From the IMG/VR virus record IMGVR_UViG_2541047959_000009: a DNA stretch of 64,000 bases. One strand, 5' to 3'. The first letter of the stretch is position 1; each line of letters opens with the position of its first letter. Below are positions 28,395-37,821 of the stretch, piece after piece. The notes beneath the pieces are model-generated. The model worked only from the letters and a program-made list of their open reading frames with translations. It was not told the DNA's origin and did no database searches. Origin of the DNA: a virus (Duplodnaviria; Heunggongvirae; Uroviricota; Caudoviricetes). Made by a program: the position numbers and the translations under genes.

Positions 28395-28738
28395 TGATGA
28401 AAGCAGTATTCTATACAGGACGAAGTGCAACAAATGATCGGCAAGATATGGTTCAAGAATATGATGGTGAGAGAACGCTACCTGATGACACTTTAGAAAT
28501 TTACATTGACATAGGTGAGCGAATCCCTGGACAGTCCTCACAAGGTAAAGCAAGTGTAGCTGAGGCTGCAGAAGCGCCCGGTTGTATTGAGTATTCACAT
28601 CCATCGGAAGAGGTTCAGGAGCTGCCGGGTGAAATCGACAAAATATCTTTGACTTCAGAATTAAATCAAAACACAGCAACCCATGATTGGCCCGGAAATG
28701 CTACTACTGGTCGTCTAATAGGCCCGTACCATGCGTAA
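28394..28738 (+). CDS. Tail-fibre assembly/adhesin-like protein (U-prime-like)
   Basis: 114-aa ORF, TAATG overlap with previous ORF; C-terminal ...HDWPGNA; paralogous to 29088-29414. Confidence 0.5.
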   Translation: MMKAVFYTGRSATNDRQDMVQEYDGERTLPDDTLEIYIDIGERIPGQSSQGKASVAEAAEAPGCIEYSHPSEEVQELPGEIDKISLTSELNQNTATHDWPGNATTGRLIGPYHA

Positions 28739-29087
28739 GATGATTCGTGGCGGGAGTACCATAACGAGCTGGAGCTGGGCGACGCTTCATACGCGGCAGA
28801 TGCTCAGTGTCAGACACCTACGGATGTTGAGACCGGTTGCCACGGGGCGCTTTAGCTGAAATTGCAGCCCGCACCGAATCTAAGGAATGCAGCAAAAACC
28901 CAACCTGAGGCGTTGCTGGCTGAATTAGATTCGGTCCGGGCTACAATTACCACCAAATCGCACGATTTCAAGTCGTCTGAGCTGCCATCGGCGTCGGACG
29001 TTGTATTTCTGCCGCGTAGAATGTGTCGCCCTGTTCCAGTGCGGTCACGGTCTCCAACCTCGCACTATACTACTTCACTTCCTCGGT

Positions 29088-29414
29088 TTATAGGCCAATA
29101 ATAGCTGTTTTTTCGGGCCAATGACGCGGATTGGTGTTGGTATTGGCTTCTCCAGTTAAGGATATTTTGATGATTTCAGCCCTCAACTCCTGAACCTCTT
29201 CCCATGGGTTTGGGTACTTAGACCAACATGTCGCTCCACACGCGTCAGCTCTACCTGCTTCATCTTGACGGGGAAGTGCCGGGATTCCATCATAAATGTC
29301 TCTATATACACTTGTAACAGAAACAGATACCCTAGCTTCACCATCATATTTTTGAACCGAATTATCCCGTGACATAGTATTAATAACGGGACTAATTAAT
29401 ATTGAGTTATTCAT
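29088..29414 (-). CDS. Tail-fibre assembly/adhesin-like protein (U-like)
   Basis: Start MNNSILISP at 29414 with AGGA RBS; C-terminal ...PRHWPEKTA; paralogous to 28394-28738. Confidence 0.5.
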   Translation of the reverse strand: MNNSILISPVINTMSRDNSVQKYDGEARVSVSVTSVYRDIYDGIPALPRQDEAGRADACGATCWSKYPNPWEEVQELRAEIIKISLTGEANTNTNPRHWPEKTAIIGL

Positions 29415-29434
29415 TACGGTCCTATCATGAAATA

Positions 29435-29611
29435 TTAAACTCTGATATCGCATGGACAGGTATCGATCGGTGTTTCGTCGACTGTGAACGAAACCGTATT
29501 ATTCTTCCTGTCAGCGACAAAAGAATTAACCGCGGTCGCGTATGAACCTGCAATATCAGTAAATTCACCACCTGAGGCTCTCGTAGATACCGGGGGGATA
29601 ACTCGCTGCAC
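29435..29611 (-). CDS. Short tail-fibre distal segment (Sv-like), GTG start right after the TAG of the fibre gene
   Basis: 58 codons VQRVIPPVSTRASGGEFTDIAGS...KNNTVSF...TCPCDIRV, homologous to 28197-28394. Confidence 0.4.
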   Translation of the reverse strand: MQRVIPPVSTRASGGEFTDIAGSYATAVNSFVADRKNNTVSFTVDETPIDTCPCDIRV

Positions 29612-29632
29612 CTAAAAAGTAAATACAGTTGG
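29608..29632. repeat. Right copy of 25-bp inverted repeat at the fibre junction
   Basis: Reverse complement ccaactgtatttactttttaggtgc. Confidence 0.6.
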
Positions 29633-30157
29633 CTCTTGGGCTGAGACAACCTCAGGCTTTTTATAACCGGTGAGGCCATCAGCCTTGCCAGTAATACCCT
29701 TACCAGCCACTGGGGCGATTTTACTTGCCGGAACAACCTTTGTCATTTCCCGGTAATGTTCAGCAAACAAAAACGCTCCATTGCAACTAATCAAGGTTGA
29801 GGGAGGTATATCAGAAGGTTGGGTATCAGGGACGCCCACAGTTCGTGCAGAGCCTTCTCCCAAACCAAGGTTTTCGAGAGCCGTTTTCACCGTGCCGTCC
29901 GATTTGATATCGCTAAACGGATTCTTGCGGCTTAACAGCAGCGCACGAAGCGCGGTAAGCAGCTGGTCGTGCCGCGCCTTCTCCAGACTGGCACCGGATG
30001 CCTCCACCACGCTGCAGAGTTCTTCCTGCAACATGTCAAAGTAGTCATCATCCAGATCGGTGGCAGGCGTGCCTGTCTGGGGGTTACCACGGGTAAAACC
30101 GTTCTTACCCGCGCCGAACTTATCCTTCTGCGCGGTTTTCGTGTCTATACGATGCAT
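29612..30157 (-). CDS. Tail fibre protein, conserved N-terminal (constant) part
   Basis: 181-aa [32 protein letters not shown]..., the N-terminus I associate with Mu-type tail fibres; ends at TAG inside the repeat. Confidence 0.65.
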   Translation of the reverse strand: MHRIDTKTAQKDKFGAGKNGFTRGNPQTGTPATDLDDDYFDMLQEELCSVVEASGASLEKARHDQLLTALRALLLSRKNPFSDIKSDGTVKTALENLGLGEGSARTVGVPDTQPSDIPPSTLISCNGAFLFAEHYREMTKVVPASKIAPVAGKGITGKADGLTGYKKPEVVSAQEPTVFTF

Positions 30158-30160
30158 GGA

Positions 30161-30745
30161 TTACTCCGGATATTTAAAAATTACGTAGGTATGCGAAGGG
30201 CAGAGTTTGTTAAGCACACATTCGACGACGGTGTCGCCCCAGATACGCAGCGCGGAATCACAGGGATCGCCACATGTCATCCAGGTGCTGTTGGTGGCGG
30301 CTGGCATGTTGACCTGCCAGTAATACCGCCATTCCGGCGCATTCACCGCGTCAGTACAGGCCGATGAGCAGGTGAACGTGCTTTTGTCGTATCGCGTGAT
30401 GGTGGCGTCTGGTCTGCCCAGGGCAGCAAGCTGTGCAAGGTAAAAATCCTCATTGATGCCGCCCGCCAGGTTAACCTTCGCATCCAGTCGTTGCTGACGC
30501 TGGCGAAGGGTCTGTGTTCCTGCGGGAATACATTCATCCGGCAGGCCGCACAGACGCTCCCAGCGATTTATCAGTTCGGTGGTGGTGCGCGGATCCAGCT
30601 CCCGCATCAGGGCATCCGCACGCTGATGAACGCGGGTTAATGACTGTGCCGCACCGGCAATCGCCGGATCGCTGGCTGACCACGCCGGACCGGGCGGCAG
30701 CAGTGCCGACAACAGACGGATGTAATCATCGTTTGTCACGCCCAT
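30161..30745 (-). CDS. Mu gp48 / YmfQ-like tail protein (DUF2313)
   Basis: 194-aa ORF between baseplate J-like gene and tail fibre. Confidence 0.65.
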   Translation of the reverse strand: MGVTNDDYIRLLSALLPPGPAWSASDPAIAGAAQSLTRVHQRADALMRELDPRTTTELINRWERLCGLPDECIPAGTQTLRQRQQRLDAKVNLAGGINEDFYLAQLAALGRPDATITRYDKSTFTCSSACTDAVNAPEWRYYWQVNMPAATNSTWMTCGDPCDSALRIWGDTVVECVLNKLCPSHTYVIFKYPE

Positions 30746-31794
30746 GAAATCGTCCCCAGAACCGCCAGTTCATTTTTTGCAATGGAGATATTTTCCGCCG
30801 GTGCAAGCAATTGATGGCTGTATTCCCCGTTCGCACCGGAAATCGCTTCACTGATACGCGACACCTTCAGTTCTCCCTGCGGATAACCATCACGCAGCAG
30901 GAACGAACGCAACTCCGCGGTGATGGCAGCCCGTATTTCCGGTGTATCCGGCGTCACACGGATATGAAAATCCACCGTATGCGCCACCGGCCTGAACACA
31001 TACAAATCAGAGCCTGCCACCGGGGCCAGTGGCCCGATATGTTGTCTTGCCGCCGTTTCCGTTGATTCTTCCGGAATGGGATTAATCAGGTCACTGCTGG
31101 CAATCATCACACCGACAGTCCCCGTTCCCATCCAGTGACGGTATGCCCATGCGCGGGTAATGCCGGGCAATTCTTTAGCCCAGACAACATAGTCCCCGTC
31201 AGCCCCGCCCTGAGGCGTCCAGTAATACCGCTCAATGACGCGGGCGCGCCACGTTTCCAGCTCTTCAGTATCAAATCCACCTGTCAGAGTGTCTGCCACG
31301 CCGGAAGACGGCAGACCATTAACCGGCGTGACCAGGATTAATGACGTACCGTCGTCAGCGTTACCGACCGCGCCTGCACTTGAGCAGGCGATCGGCACGC
31401 GCAGGACACCACCGGCGCTGGTTGCATCGGCAGTTGCCGTGTACTGAATCAGGTCATCGCGCTGAATAACACTCCCGGCGGTCACCTTCAGGCCATCGCT
31501 GACGCCTTCCCAGCGCATATACCCGCTGGCAGTCGTGGCCCCCTTGCGCGGACACCGTTTCATCGCAGCATGTCGCGCCAGCCAGGACTCATCGCACAGG
31601 TCAGGCAGCATGTTCATTGCCAGATAATCGATGTACCCGTAAACCGTATGCAGCGCCGCCGCATACACCTTTGCCCGCACGTCTTCATCCATGCGCCGGA
31701 GCGTGTCGCTGACGTCCAGCCTGGCGAATAAATCGTTACGGAGCATACTGATATTTTCTGCCAGCGTCGGGCGCTGAAATTCACTGTCCGCCAT
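30736..31794 (-). CDS. Baseplate J-like protein (Mu gp47-like)
   Basis: 352-aa ORF in Mu-like baseplate order. Confidence 0.8.
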   Translation of the reverse strand: MADSEFQRPTLAENISMLRNDLFARLDVSDTLRRMDEDVRAKVYAAALHTVYGYIDYLAMNMLPDLCDESWLARHAAMKRCPRKGATTASGYMRWEGVSDGLKVTAGSVIQRDDLIQYTATADATSAGGVLRVPIACSSAGAVGNADDGTSLILVTPVNGLPSSGVADTLTGGFDTEELETWRARVIERYYWTPQGGADGDYVVWAKELPGITRAWAYRHWMGTGTVGVMIASSDLINPIPEESTETAARQHIGPLAPVAGSDLYVFRPVAHTVDFHIRVTPDTPEIRAAITAELRSFLLRDGYPQGELKVSRISEAISGANGEYSHQLLAPAENISIAKNELAVLGTISWA

Positions 31795-32209
31795 GCGTTA
31801 TCGCACTCCACAGATCATCTAAAGAAATCATTACCGGTCCGTCACGACGCCAGAGAGTGATACTGTTACCCAGTTCATTAATCCCGGTGCGGAGGATATC
31901 CAGATCAATACGGGACACCACGCCGTCATCAATCATCCATTGCAGGCATTCGCGGATATACCCCCTTACCGTCTGCACCAGCTGATTGGTCAGTTTGCTG
32001 CGCTGAAGCAGCCACAGTCGGGAGCCGTAACGGTCATTCTGTACCGCAGGCCAGGTATCCCCCCACCATCCCATCGGGACGTCGGCGTTGTCATCAGGCT
32101 CCGCCCGCCGCCAGGTAAACAGGGAAATCACCACGGCGCGGGTCAGCGGATCCAGCGGTGCGCTGGCGCAGGTGCGTTTACCGTTCACCGTCAGCCACAG
32201 TTCCATCAT
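31781..32209 (-). CDS. Baseplate protein (Mu gp46 / gpW-like)
   Basis: 142-aa ORF; synteny. Confidence 0.7.
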   Translation of the reverse strand: MMELWLTVNGKRTCASAPLDPLTRAVVISLFTWRRAEPDDNADVPMGWWGDTWPAVQNDRYGSRLWLLQRSKLTNQLVQTVRGYIRECLQWMIDDGVVSRIDLDILRTGINELGNSITLWRRDGPVMISLDDLWSAITHGGQ

Positions 32210-32754
32210 GCCTCCATCGCTTTATCAGGTTTGTCGGTGTTACTGCCCTGACCGTTCTCTCTGTGACGATGCCCGTTATAGGCAAGCCGCATCGCTGACA
32301 TGGTGGTGCCGCTGGAGTCGCACAGGTCTTTCACCTGTCCTGTCACTTCCAGGTCCATTTCAAAACGTGCTTCAGGTGCATTGCGAAACGTGATCGTTTT
32401 ACCTGCACCGTCCACCACGATCCCCTCCCGGGTCAGCGTCACAGACTGCCCCTGATCGTCATAGACCGCCACCTCACCCGTCTGCAGCCCTTTCAGGCGG
32501 TAGCGCCGGTCCGACACCGTAACAACCACCGCATGAGAACGGTCACCATCCGGAAACAACACCACCGCTTCCGCACCGCTGTTTGCCCTTGCGGTAAAAC
32601 CGTAGGGTTCAAGATGTTCAACCCCGGCTTTGGGTTCACCGGCAATCAGGGACACATCCACGGTCTGACATTTCGTGGCGGCACTGATGCTTTTCACCAC
32701 TGCCCGCCCAATCAGGCCGAGGAGTTGTCGCTGCATGGCTTCAATCGTACTCAT
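32206..32754 (-). CDS. Baseplate assembly protein V-like (spike)
   Basis: 182-aa ORF; synteny. Confidence 0.7.
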   Translation of the reverse strand: MSTIEAMQRQLLGLIGRAVVKSISAATKCQTVDVSLIAGEPKAGVEHLEPYGFTARANSGAEAVVLFPDGDRSHAVVVTVSDRRYRLKGLQTGEVAVYDDQGQSVTLTREGIVVDGAGKTITFRNAPEARFEMDLEVTGQVKDLCDSSGTTMSAMRLAYNGHRHRENGQGSNTDKPDKAMEA

Positions 32755-33833
32755 CAGAACGGGTCCTCCTGTACTCTGGCTTTTTTCTTTTTCCGCGCGC
32801 CGGGGGCTTCGGGTTCAGGCAGATAAGCATCAGGTGGGCCGACACGGATTTCCGTCAGGGTGCCGTTCTGGTCCTGAGTAAACGTGACTTCCGAGACAAG
32901 CAGTTCGGTATTGTCGAAACCACAGACCGGATCGAAGACAATCACCCGCTGGTTGGGCTGCCACAGCGTACCGTTACCCTGTCGCCAGCCCTGCACCACA
33001 TAGGTGGTTTCATCCGTCCGCGCCGCCCGTTGTCGGGCTTCAAAGTCAGCACGCGCAATACAGCCTGCCCCCGTAGCCTGCCCTGTCTGCCTGATATACA
33101 TCGGACGGTAACGGGCAATAAATGCGTCCTCTGTGCGGGCCCGCAGCGCGCTGGTGGTGGCCTCACCGAAATCATCGTCGTTTCCAGCACGCTGCCCCGC
33201 CACCTGGTAAACAGAAAACCGCTCCCGGATACTCTTCTCCGTATCGCAGGAAAGGATGTTTTCCCCGAGTACCAGCGCAGTATGTGCCCGCGTTGAGCCA
33301 ATACCGCCAATCACCAGCCTGCCGTGTGGGTCGTCGTAAGCCAGTGCCTGCTGCTGACCGAGTATTTTGTTGATTACCTCAATCACCGTTTCACCGTGAT
33401 CGGGCTGGACGTCAGGAATAACACCCGACGGCGCACCGTTGTTCACCACCTCAATGCCGAAAGGCGCAGCAAGCGCCTGCGCAATCTGTACCAGCGATCG
33501 TCCGTTAAACTGTGTCGGTTCGGCTGCACAGTCAATCAGGTCAGCGGTCAGACTGCGTCCGGCAATACCGGTGCTGACCGAACGGGCATCGTAACGAACG
33601 GGCGTCGCCTCCACCCAGCCGGTGATCACCAGCTCATCACCAATCAGCACCTCCACTTTTGAACCGTTTTTAATGCGCGGCTGAAGCGTGGTGATACCCT
33701 CATCACCCGGCCACTGGCGGGTGATCTCCACACTGAAATCCCGCGCCAGCCGTTCAATACCGGCACCGATGCGCACCGATGTCCAGCCATTCCACTCCCG
33801 GCCATTTACCCGTAGCGTGACGTTATCGTTCAT
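32754..33833 (-). CDS. Baseplate hub protein (Mu P / gpD-like)
   Basis: 359-aa ORF after DNA circulation protein. Confidence 0.7.
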   Translation of the reverse strand: MNDNVTLRVNGREWNGWTSVRIGAGIERLARDFSVEITRQWPGDEGITTLQPRIKNGSKVEVLIGDELVITGWVEATPVRYDARSVSTGIAGRSLTADLIDCAAEPTQFNGRSLVQIAQALAAPFGIEVVNNGAPSGVIPDVQPDHGETVIEVINKILGQQQALAYDDPHGRLVIGGIGSTRAHTALVLGENILSCDTEKSIRERFSVYQVAGQRAGNDDDFGEATTSALRARTEDAFIARYRPMYIRQTGQATGAGCIARADFEARQRAARTDETTYVVQGWRQGNGTLWQPNQRVIVFDPVCGFDNTELLVSEVTFTQDQNGTLTEIRVGPPDAYLPEPEAPGARKKKKARVQEDPF

Positions 33834-35200
33834 TGCACTGGCACCTTCAGAGGGATCACCGGCACAAAGCCGGGATGCGTAATGGCATTACGCCGGATAA
33901 TGTCCGCGTCACGCGCCGCGTTATCAAACCAGGTCGCCGCCAGCACCAGCGCGGGTAAAACCTCATCCGGTGTGCGCTGAATGATCCGTGCAGACTGTTC
34001 AAGGCGCGTGTTGATATCCGCATTCAGATCTGCTTTCACCCGGCGCAGCGCCAGAAACAGCACATCACTGGTTGTACGGGACAACTCCTTATCAATTGCC
34101 GTATTCAGTGTGTCGCGAATGTCGGTCAGTTCTTCCCACGTTGGCAGGTCAACCGTGTTTTTCACCGCCGGTGCATTGTTCAGTGCCGGATGCGTGACAG
34201 AAGGCCAGCCGGTGCTCTGCGCGGGTGTTGTTGACTGCCCCACTGTGGCATTCTGCATCACCGCGGAAGTTGTGGGCGCAGGCAATCGTGTGACGGCATA
34301 CGCCGCTTCGCTGATTGCGGTCGTACGAAGGGTGCTGGCAACCACGTTACGCTGCTGCGTCGCCGTGGCGGTGGTTTTACTGTCCGTTTTCCAGACGCCG
34401 CGCGGTTGCAGATCGCTGCCGAGGCTGACACCGGAAAGCGTTTTGATCATGGTGACCAGGTCGCTGGCGTTACCATAAAGGCGTTTCCCGGTACGCCACA
34501 TTTTCTGCACCTGCTCAACGAAATTTTTGCCTGACGATGGCGGCGGCAGAAGTACCGAGATATCCCCCTGCAACAGCCTGGCGGCATCCGATACGGCAGA
34601 ATCCACCACTTTCATCGCATCAGAAACATACCCAAGCATTGTGCTGGCATTACCGACGACGTCGTTCTGCACAAAATCTGCCACGCCATCGATACTGAAA
34701 CCACTGAAGCTGTCACTGATGCAGTCATCCAGTGCAGAACAGGATGACATCAGCGTCTGCGCCGTCGCCGCACCTGAAGTGGGGTAAGAGAGTTCTCCCG
34801 CTTCGACAAACTTCAGGTCAAAGCGGACAATACGCCCTTCACTCTTCGATGTGCTGACCCGAACTTCCCCGTCAACACAGACTTTCAGCTCACCGTAAGT
34901 CGGATGGACAAGCGTGCCGGGACCGGGTTTATTCAGCGCGTCAATCAGGCGATCGCGCTGGTCAAAGCAGTCATCTCCCACCACATAAGCTGTGATGGAC
35001 GGGCGGAAAGTGATTTTCCCCAGGTCTTCGGTATAGGGTTTGTCGCGGTTCGGGTATTCGTGCGTTTCCACACGACGACCGGTTCCCGCACTTTCTTCTT
35101 CAACCTTAAACGGCACACCGCGAAATGACGCGTCCTGAAGTCTGTCTTTCCACGTCATATAAACTCCGTACATAAAAAATCCCACCGGAGTGGGACTCAT
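33830..35200 (-). CDS. Mu N-like DNA circulation protein
   Basis: 456-aa ORF downstream of tape measure. Confidence 0.7.
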   Translation of the reverse strand: MSPTPVGFFMYGVYMTWKDRLQDASFRGVPFKVEEESAGTGRRVETHEYPNRDKPYTEDLGKITFRPSITAYVVGDDCFDQRDRLIDALNKPGPGTLVHPTYGELKVCVDGEVRVSTSKSEGRIVRFDLKFVEAGELSYPTSGAATAQTLMSSCSALDDCISDSFSGFSIDGVADFVQNDVVGNASTMLGYVSDAMKVVDSAVSDAARLLQGDISVLLPPPSSGKNFVEQVQKMWRTGKRLYGNASDLVTMIKTLSGVSLGSDLQPRGVWKTDSKTTATATQQRNVVASTLRTTAISEAAYAVTRLPAPTTSAVMQNATVGQSTTPAQSTGWPSVTHPALNNAPAVKNTVDLPTWEELTDIRDTLNTAIDKELSRTTSDVLFLALRRVKADLNADINTRLEQSARIIQRTPDEVLPALVLAATWFDNAARDADIIRRNAITHPGFVPVIPLKVPVQ

Positions 35201-35218
35201 TAACAGATTAATTTTTCA

Positions 35219-37054
35219 TTACCTGCCAAAGCGCGTATAGCCAACATCATGGCTGACATCAAAACCGCTGGATCGCGTTTCCATAACCCGCATACCCGGA
35301 GGTGAATTCACAAAAGAGACCTTGATCTCACCATCAACTTTTGGCGCAGAAGCTTTGTTAATCATGAAGGGATTCGGGCCTGTGGCACCGGAGGCGTTGT
35401 TTGACTGAGCCGGATCCACCGCCTGATAAGGTGTGTATCCCCGTGCCGGTATTCCCGTCCCATAAGCATCATAAGCACCCGCGCCCCACTGCGCAGAGTT
35501 AATGGCATCGACCGTGTCACCGGAACTGTCGGTAAACCACTCAATAATTGGCTTCAGCTTGTCCCACATATCCTGAAACCACTTAACAACCGGTCCCCAG
35601 TTATTGATTACCATCCCCAGCGGCGACCAGGCAAAAACCTTCTTCAGAAGTTCCCGGCCAGCCTCAAAATAAGGACCAATGGTTTCCCAGAGCTTCTTGA
35701 AATAAGGTCCGACAACATCCCAGTTAGTGATAATTAATCCCGCAGCCAGGGCTATCGCCGTCGCAATCATGCCAATCGGCGTCATCGACATGATCCTGCT
35801 GACAATACTGATGGCACCGCCAACGCCCATCAATCCCAGTTTCAGAATCGCAAGACCGGCAGCAAGCCCGACGACGCCGCGAATAACCCGGGGATTTTCA
35901 TCCGCAAACTTCGTGAATTTCTCCCCCAACTCCCCCAGCCATTGCGTGATATTTTTAGCGTCACCAGAAAATGCGCCGCCAATAGCCGCAAGGCCGTTAG
36001 TTGCGGTCCCTGTCATTGCCTCCCACAGGTTGGACAGCGTACCAAGCTGTGCCTGAACACGTTTATTCAGACTGGCCTGTTTATTCATCTTCTGCTGGAT
36101 CTGGTCGTAGCCATCCTTTCCTTTATCGATTAGTGCATTGACCACCTGAAGGGTTTCGGCATCATCACCAAATATTGCCTTAAGTACACCAGTTCGCTTA
36201 ACGTCGGTCAGTTTTCGCAGCTTTGCCAGTTGCCTGAACATGTTATCAAGACCGCCAAAACTCCCTTTGCCGTCAGTAAAATCGAGCTGTACCCCGAGTT
36301 TCTGGCGGGCCATGACTTTATTGACGTCCCTGATTTTCTTAACGCTTAATCCGGACTGGATAACTTTTCGCAGGGCGTTACCTGCCGACTCCCCGTTCAT
36401 CCCCATCTGATCCATCATGACGCTGATGGGGGCAAGGCTCTGTGCAGCCTGAAGACCGTCCTTGTTCACCATCTTCAGAACAGAGCTGGTTTTAGTGAAG
36501 AAGGACAACATGTTGGTATCGTCAACGCCCAGATAAAACGCCTTCTGGATAGTGTCGAACAGCCCCATCATGTCTTCTGACGCCGTTCCGGTAGCATCCT
36601 GCATCTTTGCGGCAAACTCGGCAGCCGCTTCCGGTGTTTTTTTCAGTTGTACCGCAAGATAAGCTGTCGCTTTACCCACACCGCCAAGAATGTTTTCTGC
36701 CGGGATCCCCTGACGCACCAGCATCTGCATCATGTTCTGGAAATCAGCCGTTGTACCGGGTAGCTGGTTACCCAGACCAATAGCCAGTTTATTGATGTCC
36801 TGAAAGCGCTTTCCGACCTCACCGTTCGCATCCATCATGGCAACTTTCAGCCCGGTGGCGGCGTTTTCCTGATCGGCATAAGATTTCAGGGAAAGCGTCA
36901 GACCCGCAGCCAGTCCGCCACCAAGCGCCAGCCCACCCTGTGACGCTTCTTCCGCCTGGCGTTTAAATCCCCGGATTTTCTTTTGCATTTTCGACAGCGC
37001 GGGAGAAAGCCTGTCGACACCGGTGATCAACGCCTTAAGCTCAAATTCAGCCAT
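35219..37054 (-). CDS. Tail tape measure protein
   Basis: 611-aa Ala/Gly-rich helical protein with C-terminal TM-like stretch; follows chaperone. Confidence 0.8.
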   Translation of the reverse strand: MAEFELKALITGVDRLSPALSKMQKKIRGFKRQAEEASQGGLALGGGLAAGLTLSLKSYADQENAATGLKVAMMDANGEVGKRFQDINKLAIGLGNQLPGTTADFQNMMQMLVRQGIPAENILGGVGKATAYLAVQLKKTPEAAAEFAAKMQDATGTASEDMMGLFDTIQKAFYLGVDDTNMLSFFTKTSSVLKMVNKDGLQAAQSLAPISVMMDQMGMNGESAGNALRKVIQSGLSVKKIRDVNKVMARQKLGVQLDFTDGKGSFGGLDNMFRQLAKLRKLTDVKRTGVLKAIFGDDAETLQVVNALIDKGKDGYDQIQQKMNKQASLNKRVQAQLGTLSNLWEAMTGTATNGLAAIGGAFSGDAKNITQWLGELGEKFTKFADENPRVIRGVVGLAAGLAILKLGLMGVGGAISIVSRIMSMTPIGMIATAIALAAGLIITNWDVVGPYFKKLWETIGPYFEAGRELLKKVFAWSPLGMVINNWGPVVKWFQDMWDKLKPIIEWFTDSSGDTVDAINSAQWGAGAYDAYGTGIPARGYTPYQAVDPAQSNNASGATGPNPFMINKASAPKVDGEIKVSFVNSPPGMRVMETRSSGFDVSHDVGYTRFGR

Positions 37055-37195
37055 GTGTGCGTTTCTCCTGCTCTATCCTGTTTGCCTGACTGACCAGCAA
37101 GGGAATTTCACTGATCGGCATATTCAGCAATTCGAAGGGATTAATGCGCCAGTAGCTGGCGCAGTCAAAGAAGCGATCAGTGAGGTATTCAGCCG

Positions 37196-37465
37196 TCAGG
37201 CCTGGAGGAAAAAACCAGCCACAAGCCACGCCGCAGCATTCAGGTCTGCCGGAGACATCTGGTCGACAGAGTTTTGCGGCACTTTCGCCAGCCGCACAAT
37301 GTATTTCGATACCACATGCGCCAGAAGTCTGACGGACTCATCCTGATTCATCTGGTAGGGATACCCCAGCTCGCGGACATCTTTCCCGGTGGGCTCATCA
37401 AACTCCAGTACGGAGAGTGTCTCGCCATGAGCGGTAATCGGTTTCTTTAACTCAAGCTCTTTCAT
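37196..37465 (-). CDS. Tail assembly chaperone (G-like) with -1 frameshift extension to 37047
   Basis: 89-aa ORF ending ...GFFLQA; slippery T_TTT_TTC at 37208-37214; -1 frame continues to 37047. Confidence 0.6.
   Translation of the reverse strand: MKELELKKPITAHGETLSVLEFDEPTGKDVRELGYPYQMNQDESVRLLAHVVSKYIVRLAKVPQNSVDQMSPADLNAAAWLVAGFFLQA
37208..37214 (-). promoter_or_regulatory. Candidate programmed -1 ribosomal frameshift heptamer T_TTT_TTC
   Basis: Read from reverse complement ggttttttc; overlapping ORF in -1 frame. Confidence 0.5.
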
Positions 37466-37821
37466 TACTGGTAATCCCCTTCTTCACCGTGGAACTCAAG
37501 ATCAACCGTCCCTTCTTCGGCATTATGGTTCGCTTCGCCGTGCAGCCAGGCAGACGACAGTACATAGACCTGACCGTTCGCCAGCTCGGCAGTGATGGTC
37601 ATCTCATCAGACGAGGTGATTTTGCTCACCGGAAAATTCTTCGGCACCTTGAAGGTCCCTTTAACATAAGGCGCACGGTGAGTTTCCTTGCGGTCCACTG
37701 AACCGTCCAGGCCGATGATGTCATCATTGACCGTCCTGTTCATGGGCACCTCAATGCCGCCGGTCAGCGATAGCTGCTGACCGTCAATTTTGAAATAACA
37801 GGTTCCCCCGATACGGGCCAT
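37465..37821 (-). CDS. Tail tube protein
   Basis: 118-aa ORF directly after sheath. Confidence 0.8.
   Translation of the reverse strand: MARIGGTCYFKIDGQQLSLTGGIEVPMNRTVNDDIIGLDGSVDRKETHRAPYVKGTFKVPKNFPVSKITSSDEMTITAELANGQVYVLSSAWLHGEANHNAEEGTVDLEFHGEEGDYQ

Noticed and set aside
28263-28679. 138-aa minus-strand ORF inside the fibre cassette
   Set aside because: Antisense to the better-supported U-prime-like gene, which has a paralogue and stop-start coupling.
27650-30160. Serine invertase (Gin/Pin/Hin-like) gene next to the fibre cassette
   Set aside because: No ORF with invertase-like features was found on either strand in or beside the segment.
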